Assembly (NCBI GenBank): GCA_036005065.1
Contig: DASYQW010000119.1
Location: 1-24,994 of the forward strand
Direction: 5' to 3'
DNA length: 24,994 bases
From: Candidatus Methylomirabilota bacterium
GTDB taxonomy: Bacteria > Methylomirabilota > Methylomirabilia > Rokubacteriales > DASRDR01
Both the position numbers and the translations under genes were made by a program. This document shows, piece after piece, positions 13,663-21,668 of this stretch. The number at the start of each line of letters is the position of its first letter. Within the stretch, counting starts at the first letter, position 1. The notes under the pieces were generated by a model. That model was not told the origin of the DNA, searched no databases, and saw only the letters and a program-made list of their open reading frames with translations.

Positions 13663-15918
13663 CTACGCCTCGCGGCCACGCCGGCGCCCGGCCCACCGCA
13701 CGAGTCCGAGCTCGGCCGCGACGGTGACCAGGGCCGCGATGGGCGGGATCACGAACTGCCGCTTGGACGGCGGTGCCTCTAACCGCACATAGTACCACGA
13801 GGAAACCGCGGCCTTCGCCCCCTCGTCTCCCTCGGAGCCATCCCAGACCCAGAACGCGATGGGAAAGAAGTCGTGCGCGGGAAAGATGAAATCGGCCTTG
13901 TCGGGCGTCTCCCGGGGCCGGCGGATGACGACCCGGTACTGCCCGGCGTCGTAGACCGCCTGCCCCCTGGCCTGGATCGACTCCCCGTTCTGCGGCGAGA
14001 TCTTCCCGGCCCCGACCGCGGTGGCCTCGCCGACCCCGGTCCCCGCTTGCCAGGTCAGGAGGTAGACCGAGTTGTTGCTGTCCCCCATGAGGAAGTACGG
14101 GCGCTCGCCCGAGTCGCCGCCCCCGGTCGGGAACTGGAGCGCGACCATGTCCGGCTTCGGGGCCCCCTTCTTGGGGTCGGAGTCGGTGGGGTCGTCCCAG
14201 GTCAGGTGAAAGGCGATCTCGCGTGCCGTGTAGACCGCGCGGACCGTGATCATGTCCACCGTCGGGTTGAAGTTCCGCGGGTCGACGATCACCTGGCCGA
14301 CCATCGGGAAGTTCGTCCCCGGCATCTTCCGCCAGAACTCCGCGTTGGGGTCCGAGGGCACCTCCCCGCTCGCCGCGCGGATCTGGAGGAAGCTGGCCCA
14401 GTTGGGTCGCTCCTCCCCGAGGGAGCGGACATAGTTGGCGAGGTGCCAGACGTCTTCGGGCTTCTCGACCGAATCGGCGAACGTCGGCATCGGGGTGCCC
14501 ATCAGCCCTGTCGAGAGTCGCGTCGCCACGTCCTTCCGCCCGGGCCCGCCGCGGAAGGTCCAGGGCTTGTGCAGGTTCGCCGGGCGGACGGGGGTCCCCC
14601 AGTCGTCCTTCAGGTCGGACCCGGGCGCCGGATCGCCCCGGCCCGCCGGGCCGTGGCACTTGTTGCACTCGATCGCCTCGAACATCTCCTTGCCGCGCTT
14701 GATCGACGCCTCCGAGGAGGACACCTCGCCCGGGAGCTTGGCGAGCTCCGGCTTGGCGCCCTTGAACCCCTCGGCGAACGTCTTGACGTAGGCGACCAGG
14801 GCCCAGCGGTCCTTCTCGGGCAGGACCTTCCAGGCCGGCATCGATGTGCCGGGCATCCCGCCGGTGATCACCTGGAAAAGGTCCTGATCGGTCGGGAGCT
14901 GACCGGATGGCGTGCTCCGGATCTTGAACTTGCCCGCGGTGAAGTCGCGCGGCTTGGGGAGCAGGCGCTCGGCCGCCGGCCCGTCCCCCTTGCCGGACGC
15001 TCCGTGACAGAGCGCGCACTTGGCCTCGTAGAGCGGCTTGCCACGGCCGGGGTCCCCGGCCTGCGCGCCGGCGTCTGAGGGTTGGAGGGCGGCCACACCC
15101 CGCGAGACGAGCGATGCCAGCCGGTCCCACCGGGGAATCCCCGGCCGCGCGGCGCCCTCGCGGGCCAGCATGACGCGCGGCGGGTAGCCCGTCGTCTCGT
15201 AGAGGTAGTAGATCACCTGCCAGATCTGCTCCTCGGTGAGCTTGTCCTCCCAGGCGGGCATCGCCGAGTTCCACGGCGTCGATTCTCTGGGCAGGCCGGG
15301 GCCGCCCTTGGCGATCCGCCAGAAGAGGAAGCCCTCGGAGAGCTGGGCGATCGTCCCGGGGTCGGTGAAGTCCGCCGGTTGCGGGTTGAAGCCGTGGGCG
15401 AAGTGCCCCTTTCCGTCCAGGTTGTCGCCGTGGCAGTAGACGCAGTTCTGGATGTAGACGGCGCCGCCGGCGGCCAGGTGCGCGTCGCGGCTGGCCGCGT
15501 TCTGCCCGATGGCCTTGCGGACCGGCGTCTGGGGATCCTGGAGATCGATGTTCTTGCCCCGGAACGCGATGGTGGCCGGGGGCGCCGGGTGAATCGCGCG
15601 GAGCTCGACGGGCGCCTCGGCCTTGGCGGCGGCCTGGGAGTAGGCGTAGTAGCCCGCGAGCAGAGGGAACAGCACCCCCAGCGCCAGCCGCACCGGACGC
15701 CGGCGGGGCTCGCTCAGCGTCGTCCACATCGGTCCCAGGAACCCCCGCCAGGACGCGGAATCCGAGGACACGTAGACCAGCACGGCCAGGAGCGTGATGG
15801 CCATGTAGAGCGAGAGGAGGCTGAACGGCATCGGCGGCTGGATGCCGTACCGGAAGACGAGGAACGCGACGACGAGGACGAGGACCGCCTGGAGGAACTT
15901 GCCCCGGGGCTGGGCCAT
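13663..15918 (-). CDS. Membrane-anchored triheme c-type cytochrome with a C-terminal EB_dh/DOMON-like heme-binding domain
   Basis: 751 aa. Three N-terminal TM helices. Three CxxCH motifs (CVYCH, CALCH, CNKCH), each in a class-I cytochrome c-like module. The C-terminal ~200 aa (TVRAVYTAREIAFHLTWDD...FPIAFWVWDGSEGD...) resemble the ethylbenzene-dehydrogenase gamma-like heme b domain. A final TM helix follows. Confidence 0.8.
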   Translation of the reverse strand: MAQPRGKFLQAVLVLVVAFLVFRYGIQPPMPFSLLSLYMAITLLAVLVYVSSDSASWRGFLGPMWTTLSEPRRRPVRLALGVLFPLLAGYYAYSQAAAKAEAPVELRAIHPAPPATIAFRGKNIDLQDPQTPVRKAIGQNAASRDAHLAAGGAVYIQNCVYCHGDNLDGKGHFAHGFNPQPADFTDPGTIAQLSEGFLFWRIAKGGPGLPRESTPWNSAMPAWEDKLTEEQIWQVIYYLYETTGYPPRVMLAREGAARPGIPRWDRLASLVSRGVAALQPSDAGAQAGDPGRGKPLYEAKCALCHGASGKGDGPAAERLLPKPRDFTAGKFKIRSTPSGQLPTDQDLFQVITGGMPGTSMPAWKVLPEKDRWALVAYVKTFAEGFKGAKPELAKLPGEVSSSEASIKRGKEMFEAIECNKCHGPAGRGDPAPGSDLKDDWGTPVRPANLHKPWTFRGGPGRKDVATRLSTGLMGTPMPTFADSVEKPEDVWHLANYVRSLGEERPNWASFLQIRAASGEVPSDPNAEFWRKMPGTNFPMVGQVIVDPRNFNPTVDMITVRAVYTAREIAFHLTWDDPTDSDPKKGAPKPDMVALQFPTGGGDSGERPYFLMGDSNNSVYLLTWQAGTGVGEATAVGAGKISPQNGESIQARGQAVYDAGQYRVVIRRPRETPDKADFIFPAHDFFPIAFWVWDGSEGDEGAKAAVSSWYYVRLEAPPSKRQFVIPPIAALVTVAAELGLVRWAGRRRGREA

Positions 15919-15926
15919 GACGCGAC

Positions 15927-16787
15927 CTAGGACTTTTTCGGGGCGGCCGCCGGAGGCGCCGGCGCCGGACTGGCACCGCCCGGGGCGCCGCCCTTGAGCG
16001 TCGCGAGGAACGCGATCAGATCGATGTACTCGCGCGCGGTGAGCGTCTGACCGAAGGTCGGCGGCATCACACCCGCCGGGTATCCGGACACGACGCCCTT
16101 GGAAGCCGGGTTCAGCACCTTGCCCATGATGTAGTCGAGCGTCTGGCTTCCGGCGATGTTCGAGAGATCCGGCCCGACCTTTCCGCCGGCCACGGGCCCC
16201 GCGCTATGGCAGGCGATGCAGGTGCCCTTCCCCGCGAAGACGGCCTGGCCGGCCTTGGGATCCCCGGGCAATTCGATCGCGGCGGCCCCCTGGGCGCCGC
16301 CGGTCCCCGCCCCGGCCGTGGCCGGGATGTCCTCGAGCTTGACGTCCACGGTCCCCCCCTGGCCCTCGAGAAAGGCCGCGGTGGCCCACAGCTCGCTCCG
16401 GTTGAGCGCGATGGGCGGCCGGTCGACTTTCGGCATGATGTTGGGGAAGCCCTCCACGACATAGGCGCCGGGGGAGACGAGGGACTCGACGATGTACGCC
16501 TTCGCGTTCATCCCCGGCTTGCGCGTCGCCGCCCGCGCGCCGACCCCCGCCAGATCGGGTCCTCGCCCGGCCCGTCCAATCCCGTGGCAGGTCGTGCACT
16601 GGCCCTTCCCCTGGAAGATCTTCTCTCCGGCGGCGACGAGCTGTTGCGGGGTGACAGTGCCGCCCTCGAGCGAGAGCTCCTCGGGGGGCTTCGACTCGAG
16701 CTGAGGAATCGAGTTGGCGTACCAGGTGTAGGCCCCCATCACCACCAGCGCGAAGGCGCTCACCTTGAGGGTGACCGGGACCCGCAC
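15927..16787 (-). CDS. Membrane-anchored diheme c-type cytochrome (class I)
   Basis: 286 aa. N-terminal TM anchor (VSAFALVVMGAYTWY). Two CxxCH motifs (CTTCH, CIACH), each followed by a distal Met region (NIMP; VMPP). Pro/Ala-rich C-terminal tail. Confidence 0.85.
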   Translation of the reverse strand: MRVPVTLKVSAFALVVMGAYTWYANSIPQLESKPPEELSLEGGTVTPQQLVAAGEKIFQGKGQCTTCHGIGRAGRGPDLAGVGARAATRKPGMNAKAYIVESLVSPGAYVVEGFPNIMPKVDRPPIALNRSELWATAAFLEGQGGTVDVKLEDIPATAGAGTGGAQGAAAIELPGDPKAGQAVFAGKGTCIACHSAGPVAGGKVGPDLSNIAGSQTLDYIMGKVLNPASKGVVSGYPAGVMPPTFGQTLTAREYIDLIAFLATLKGGAPGGASPAPAPPAAAPKKS

Positions 16788-16790
16788 GGC

Positions 16791-18731
16791 TCAACGCCCT
16801 CGACGGTCGGCACCGCCCGTGACCCCGCCGCTGATCGGCAGCGGCTGGGGCGCCCCGCCCGGCACCCCGTGGGCGGCGTGCCCCGCCTCGGCCCCCCGGG
16901 CGCCGAGCCCGCCCAGCCAGAAGATGAACATCACCATGGCGAAGAACAGGATCGTCGTGACCGAGATGACGTTGGCCGCGTAGCCGAGGGCCGGCGTCAC
17001 CGCGTCGGGGGAGGTATCTTGTAAAACCCCGTAGATGTGCCAGTGCTGCCGGATCCCCGAGCGCGCGAAGCCCATCAGGCCCATGAGCCAGGTGAAGGAC
17101 ACCGCCAGCAGGATCAGCACGTACTGGGAGCGCGGGGCGATCGTCCCCCAGCGGATGACGCCGGTAGACCGGGCGCCCTTGAACATCGGGATGTCGATCG
17201 CCATCACGATCACGATGGTGAGCAGGACCACCGCCACCTGGAGCGGCGAGAATCGCCGGATGCGCGTGATCGGCTCGACGAAGTAGCCCCAGACCCCGAG
17301 GGCCACCACGATGGTGGCGGCCACCCCGAACGTCACCCACTGGGCGGCCATCCCGACCCGGGTCCAGGACCGGATCGAGAGCTTGTTGGCGCGCCGGTAG
17401 AGGAGGTAGGACAGGAAGGTCGTCAGGATCAGGAGGTTCACCGCCGTGTTCTTGGCCGACATGACGCCGAATACGCCCAGCACCTTGTGGTGCGTCCCGC
17501 CCATCCGCCGCACCTCCTCCACCGAGACGATGAGGGTGTGCGGCGTCGCCCACACCATGAAGCCGACCGCGATGATGAAGAGCATGTACTTGATGTAGGG
17601 CCGGTAGCGCTCGGACCCGGGGATCCGCTCCATTCCGAGCCAGAGGTAGTAGTTGGAGCCGAGAAAGAGCACCCCGATGATGATGGCCTGGACGATCCAG
17701 AGCCAGGACATGAAGCCGCCCATCATGGTGATGCCCATCGTCTGGTTGAAGCCGTAGATCTCGAATCCGAGCCAGTAGCCGGCGAAGGGCAGCACCATGA
17801 GCGCCGACACCGCGACGAAGTTCCCGATGTATCCCATCCAGTCGTACTGCGCCCGCTCCTCCTCGGTCTGCGCCCCCAGGAACCGAAACGCCGCATAGGC
17901 GGCGGCCACGGTGCCTCCGAAGACGATGTTGGCGATCAGGCGGTGGATGTTGACCGGCATCCAGGTGTAGTTGTTGATCGCCTGCCAGAGCGTGCCCGTG
18001 AACTTCCCCGCCTCGTCCACCCCGCGCGGCGAGACCATGAAGGTCACCCAGGAGTTCGAGACGACGAGGATGGCCGTTCCCAGCAGGTTCGACAGGACCC
18101 CCAGCGAGAGATGAAGCCCCTTCCGCGGACCCGAGAGCCAGTCCCAGCCGTAGTACCAGAGGTAGACGGCGAAGGTCTCGAGGAAGAAGAGGGCGACGTA
18201 GAGCCACATGGTCGGCGCGAAGATCGCGCTCAGGTAGGTCCAGAGCCTCGGGTAGAGGGTGATCAGGAGGAAGAGGAGCCCTCCGCCGAGCAAGGCCGTC
18301 GTCGAAAAGGCCGCGAAGGTCAGCTTGACGAACTCGTGGGCCAGCCAGTCGTAGCGCCGGCCTTCCGGGTTGTCGGCGCCGATCTTCCAGCCCATGAACT
18401 CGATGATCACGGCGAAGATCGGGACGCCGAGGATGAACGCGGCGAAGTTCAGGTGGATCTGGGCGACGACCCAGACGATCAGGCGGGACCCGAAGTACGG
18501 GAAGGCGCGGTAGGCGGCCTCCTTCTGCTCCTGGGCGAGCGCCGGCGGCGCGGCAAGACACAGGGCGACGGCGCTGGCCGCGAGCAGGAGGGGCAAGAGG
18601 TGAGCGCCGGACGGGCGGTGGCGCCTCAGGCAGGCGTCGGGCTTTCGCACACTTGTCCCGCTGGGAACTCCCGGAAATCGGGCCTGAGAGGCGGGATGCC
18701 TCGACCCCGCCCCGCTTGTTCCGAGGATCAC
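16791..18731 (-). CDS. Cytochrome bd-like protein (CydA/cytochrome bd subunit I superfamily, about 14 TM) with no CydB partner; start codon uncertain
   Basis: 646-aa ORF. RLIVWVVAQIHLNFAAFILGVPIFAVIIEFMGW aligns with the CydA helix 1 His (heme b595 ligand). FFLETFAVYLWYYGWDWL aligns with CydA FFLESTFVGLFFFGWDRL, including Glu99. Further conserved His/Met lie in later helices. Alternative start: GTG 18650, which gives a signal-peptide-like N-terminus (RRHRPSGAHLLPLLLAASAVALCLAAPPALA-QE). The ATG at 18731 sits only ~7 nt from the predicted transcription start of the upstream promoter. Confidence 0.7.
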   Translation of the reverse strand: MILGTSGAGSRHPASQARFPGVPSGTSVRKPDACLRRHRPSGAHLLPLLLAASAVALCLAAPPALAQEQKEAAYRAFPYFGSRLIVWVVAQIHLNFAAFILGVPIFAVIIEFMGWKIGADNPEGRRYDWLAHEFVKLTFAAFSTTALLGGGLLFLLITLYPRLWTYLSAIFAPTMWLYVALFFLETFAVYLWYYGWDWLSGPRKGLHLSLGVLSNLLGTAILVVSNSWVTFMVSPRGVDEAGKFTGTLWQAINNYTWMPVNIHRLIANIVFGGTVAAAYAAFRFLGAQTEEERAQYDWMGYIGNFVAVSALMVLPFAGYWLGFEIYGFNQTMGITMMGGFMSWLWIVQAIIIGVLFLGSNYYLWLGMERIPGSERYRPYIKYMLFIIAVGFMVWATPHTLIVSVEEVRRMGGTHHKVLGVFGVMSAKNTAVNLLILTTFLSYLLYRRANKLSIRSWTRVGMAAQWVTFGVAATIVVALGVWGYFVEPITRIRRFSPLQVAVVLLTIVIVMAIDIPMFKGARSTGVIRWGTIAPRSQYVLILLAVSFTWLMGLMGFARSGIRQHWHIYGVLQDTSPDAVTPALGYAANVISVTTILFFAMVMFIFWLGGLGARGAEAGHAAHGVPGGAPQPLPISGGVTGGADRRGR

Positions 18732-18744
18732 AAGCCGCGATTCT

Positions 18745-18774
18745 TTTGTAGTGGAACCCGCCGCCTCGTGTCAA
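18745..18774 (-). promoter_or_regulatory. Candidate sigma70-type promoter for the minus-strand respiratory operon (TTGACA-N17/18-TACAAA)
   Basis: Minus strand: TTGACA at 18774..18769, a 17-18 nt spacer, then CTACAAA at 18751..18745. It lies in the 190-nt divergent intergenic region. Confidence 0.3.
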
Positions 18775-18824
18775 GGGGAAAAGCCCTACGGGAGCTCCTC
18801 GCGTCGGCGAATCGTGGCCAAGCC

Positions 18825-18854
18825 TTGACGGCCTCGGGTCTCTGGGCATAGAGT
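18825..18854 (+). promoter_or_regulatory. Candidate sigma70-type promoter for the nfeD-flotillin operon (TTGACG-N17/18-CATAGAGT)
   Basis: TTGACG at 18825-18830 and a TAGAGT-like -10 at 18849-18854. A strong Shine-Dalgarno, AAGGGAGGAG, follows downstream at 18887-18896. Confidence 0.3.
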
Positions 18855-18922
18855 CCCGCCACAGAGCCCTCGGGGGCTCACGCGCGAAGGGAGGAGCGGC
18901 CCTGATACTCGTCTTCCTGGCG

Positions 18923-19417
18923 TTGGCGGTGGTCGGTCTCCTCTTTCTCGCCGTCTCGGTGCTCGTCGGCCACGACCTCGACCTGCACGCCGACATCGAC
19001 GCCGGCGGGCATGGCTACTTGAGCCCTCGCATCGTCGGGGTGTTCCTCACCGGCTTCGGGGCCGTCGGCGCCGTGGCGAGCCTCTACCTCCCCGCCCGCG
19101 AGGGAAGGGCGCTGATCGCCTCCTTCCTCGGTGTCCTGAGCGGGATCGTGCTGAGCGGTATCTACCTGGTCGCGATGCGGCTCATCCATTCCCAGGAGGC
19201 CAGCTCGCTCGTCGGCGACCAGGATCTGGTGGGCATCGAGGGCCGGGTGACGGTGGCGATCCCGGCTGACGGGGTCGGCGAGGTGACCTGCCCGATCGGC
19301 GGGCAGACGACGCGGCGCATGGCCCGCACTTTCGGGAGCCGGGCGATTGCCGAGGGCGCCGTCGTGCGAATCAAGGACGTCTACGGGGCGACGGTGGTCG
19401 TCGAGCCGGTGCCCTGA
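18923..19417 (+). CDS. nfeD: NfeD-like membrane protein (short form, 2-3 TM plus C-terminal OB-fold), partner of an SPFH/flotillin protein
   Basis: 164 aa. N-terminal TM helices (VVGLLFLAVSVLVG; IVGVFLTGFGAVGAVASLYL; IASFLGVLSGIVLSGIYLV) and a C-terminal beta-rich segment (GIEGRVTVAIPADGVGEVT...GAVVRIKDVYGATVVVEP) typical of the NfeD OB-fold. The track start is a TTG at 18923. The AAGGGAGGAG Shine-Dalgarno at 18887-96 suggests the true start may be the in-frame CTG/ATA at 18902-18907. The gene lies immediately upstream of the flotillin gene. Confidence 0.7.
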   Translation: MAVVGLLFLAVSVLVGHDLDLHADIDAGGHGYLSPRIVGVFLTGFGAVGAVASLYLPAREGRALIASFLGVLSGIVLSGIYLVAMRLIHSQEASSLVGDQDLVGIEGRVTVAIPADGVGEVTCPIGGQTTRRMARTFGSRAIAEGAVVRIKDVYGATVVVEPVP

Positions 19418-19440
19418 GGCATGAGGCAAGGAGGCCGGCG

Positions 19441-21051
19441 ATGACCGAGTTGCTCGGGCTGTCGAGTCTGTTCGGGCTGGGGGGGACCCTGGGCCCGGTG
19501 CTGATCGTCCTCATCGCGCTCGTCGTCCTGATCGTCCTGATGACGGCGACGCGAAACTACATCAAGGTGCCGCCCAACAAGGTGGCAGTCTTCTACGGGC
19601 GGAAGCACCGGACGCCCGACGGGCGCACGATCGGCTTCCGGCTGGTGACGGGCGGCGCCCGGCTCCGGTGGCCCATCCTCGAGGCCGTCACCTACATGGA
19701 CCTGATGGTGTTCCCCATCGACCTCGACGTGAAGGACGTGCCCAACAAGGACGGCGTCCTGGTCAGCGTCCAGGGGGTGGCCAACGTCAAGATCCGCAAC
19801 GACGAGCAGTCGCTCATCGCGGCCGCCGAGCGCTTCCTCGGGCTCGCCCACAGCGACATCAAGGAGATCGCCTACAAGAACCTGGAAGGGCACCTCCGCT
19901 CGATCGTCGGCCGGCTCACGGTCGAGGAGATCGTCCGGGACCGCCAGAAGTTCAACCAGGAGGTGCTGACGGAGGCGACCTCCGACCTGGCCAAGATCGG
20001 CCTCGGGGTCGACGTCCTGACCGTCCAGAAGATCGAGGACAAGGAGGGCTACATCCAGGCCCTCGGCAAGAAGCGGACGGCCGAGGTCAAGCGCGACGCG
20101 CAGATCGGCGAGGCGTCCGCCGCCCGCGAGGCGACGATCAGCTCGACCACCGCGATTCGCGAGGGCAAGGAGCGCGAGAACGAGAACCTGGCCCTCATCG
20201 CGCAAGCCGAGAAGGAGCGCGACGTCAAGAAGGCGCAGTACGCGGCCGAGGTCCAGGGCCAGCAGGCGCGCGCCCAACAGGCCGGCCCGCTGGCCGAGGC
20301 CAAGGCCCGCCAGGAAGTCGTCGAGCAGGAGGTGCTGATCGAGCTGGCGCGCACCAAGAAGCAGACGGAGGTGGCCGAGGCCGAGGCGGTCCGACGCCAG
20401 CAGCAACTCCTGGCCGAGGTCGTCAAGCCGGCCGATGCCGAGCGGCAGAAGACGATCCTGGCGGCCGAGGCCCAGAAGCAGAAGGAGATCCTGGAGGCCG
20501 AGGGCCGGAAGACGGCGATCGTCGCGATCGCCGACGCCGAGCGCCAGCGTCACGCGCTGGAAGGCCTCGGAGAGGCCGACGCCCTCAAGGCCAAGCTGGT
20601 GGCGGAGGCCGAAGGCATCAAGGCCAAGCTCCTGGCCGAGGCCGAGGGCATCCAGGCCAAGCTCCTGGCCGAGGCCAACGGAGTGAAGGCGAAGCTCCTG
20701 GCCGAGGCCGAGGGCGCCCTCAAGAAGGCCGAAGCGTTCGCCAAGCTCGACGAGTCCTCGAAGACGTTGCTCGTACTGGAGCGCTTCCCCGAGGTCATCA
20801 AGGCGTTCGCGCCGGTGGCCGGGGCGGTGGCGGCTCCGCTCGGAAACATCGACCGGCTCGTCATGGTCGACAGCGGGGGGCACGGGGACGGCGGCAGTAC
20901 CCTGACGCGGCTCGCCAGCACGGTCCCGACGACGCTGTTCGGCCTGCTCCAGACCTCCAAGGCGCTCGGCATCGATCTCACGGGACTGCTCGGGAAGGCC
21001 GGAGTGCGGGAGGAGGGTGACGGCCGGACGGTGATCAAGGACAAGAGCTAG
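19441..21051 (+). CDS. floT: Flotillin-like SPFH/band-7 protein (FloT/YuaG type)
   Basis: 536 aa. N-terminal hairpin TM (LGPVLIVLIALVVLIVLM), an SPFH domain, then a long Glu/Ala/Lys/Gln-rich coiled-coil flotillin region with KAKLLAEAEGI repeats. GGAGG Shine-Dalgarno 6 nt upstream. Confidence 0.9.
   Translation: MTELLGLSSLFGLGGTLGPVLIVLIALVVLIVLMTATRNYIKVPPNKVAVFYGRKHRTPDGRTIGFRLVTGGARLRWPILEAVTYMDLMVFPIDLDVKDVPNKDGVLVSVQGVANVKIRNDEQSLIAAAERFLGLAHSDIKEIAYKNLEGHLRSIVGRLTVEEIVRDRQKFNQEVLTEATSDLAKIGLGVDVLTVQKIEDKEGYIQALGKKRTAEVKRDAQIGEASAAREATISSTTAIREGKERENENLALIAQAEKERDVKKAQYAAEVQGQQARAQQAGPLAEAKARQEVVEQEVLIELARTKKQTEVAEAEAVRRQQQLLAEVVKPADAERQKTILAAEAQKQKEILEAEGRKTAIVAIADAERQRHALEGLGEADALKAKLVAEAEGIKAKLLAEAEGIQAKLLAEANGVKAKLLAEAEGALKKAEAFAKLDESSKTLLVLERFPEVIKAFAPVAGAVAAPLGNIDRLVMVDSGGHGDGGSTLTRLASTVPTTLFGLLQTSKALGIDLTGLLGKAGVREEGDGRTVIKDKS
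20586..20717 (+). repeat. Four in-frame 33-nt tandem repeats inside the flotillin gene encoding KAKL(V/L)AEAEGI(K/Q)
   Basis: aaggccaagctggtggcggaggccgaaggcatc / aaggccaagctcctggccgaggccgagggcatc / caggccaagctcctggccgaggccaacggagtg / aaggcgaagctcctggccgaggccgagggcgcc. Confidence 0.8.
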
Positions 21052-21062
21052 GGACCGGCTGG

Positions 21063-21563
21063 ATGGCGACCCCGGTCTACCGATCACAGACGCCGTTCAC
21101 CGACAAGGGCAGCGCGACGCTGGTCGTCACCTGCGGCAGCAACGCGTTCGCGCCCTATGTGCGGGAGTTCCTCGAGCGCCACCTCGCGCTGCCCGAGGGG
21201 ACCTACGACTCCCTCGCGGTGCCGGGAGGACCGCAGTTCCTGCTGCTGACCGAGTACCTGCCGAAGTTCGCCTGGGCGGGCCACCGCTGGGTGAAGTTCC
21301 TGGTGGAGCATCACCGGCTCAGGCGCGCAGTTCTCGTGGGCCACGAGGACTGCGCCTGGCACGACGACGAGCGGATGATCCCGGCGCTCCTCCATCGGCT
21401 CGCGGCCGGCCCGGCGGGGCCAGACTCAGGGAAAGATCGCCAGCTCGAGGGCCTCCGGCAGATGGCCCGGGCCCTCCACGAGCTGCTGCCGTCGCTCGCG
21501 GTGGAGGCCTACTTCGCCGGGAAGGAGCCGGACGGCCGGGTTGGCTTCCTCCGCGTCGACTGA
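21063..21563 (+). CDS. Hypothetical protein with a beta-carbonic-anhydrase-like Cys...HxxC arrangement (function unknown)
   Basis: 166 aa. LVVTCGSNAF (Cys24) ... AVPGGPQFLLL ... VLVGHEDCAW (His94-x2-Cys97). The order and spacing resemble the Zn ligands of beta-CA (CxDxR...PGELFV.RN...HxxCG), but the Asp/Arg dyad is absent. Starts 11 nt after the flotillin stop. Confidence 0.55.
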   Translation: MATPVYRSQTPFTDKGSATLVVTCGSNAFAPYVREFLERHLALPEGTYDSLAVPGGPQFLLLTEYLPKFAWAGHRWVKFLVEHHRLRRAVLVGHEDCAWHDDERMIPALLHRLAAGPAGPDSGKDRQLEGLRQMARALHELLPSLAVEAYFAGKEPDGRVGFLRVD

Positions 21564-21668
21564 CGCGGGTCCGCTCGGCCCTGGGGCGACTTGCCGGGGG
21601 GCTCCGCCCTCTGCTACCATCGCCGGCACAGGCACGCGTCCGGTACTCGCCTCTCCCGCGCGAGCCAC

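Noticed and set aside
13454-15976. 840-aa minus-strand ORF overlapping the triheme cytochrome gene in another frame
   Set aside because: An Arg/Pro/Gly-rich frame of the real gene. The 13663..15918 frame carries three CxxCH motifs and TM helices.
16204-18996. 930-aa minus-strand ORF and 604-aa plus-strand ORF (17037..18851) over the bd-like gene
   Set aside because: Alternative or antisense frames with low-complexity Arg/Gly/Pro/Asp composition. Only the 16791..18731 frame gives hydrophobic helices that align with CydA.
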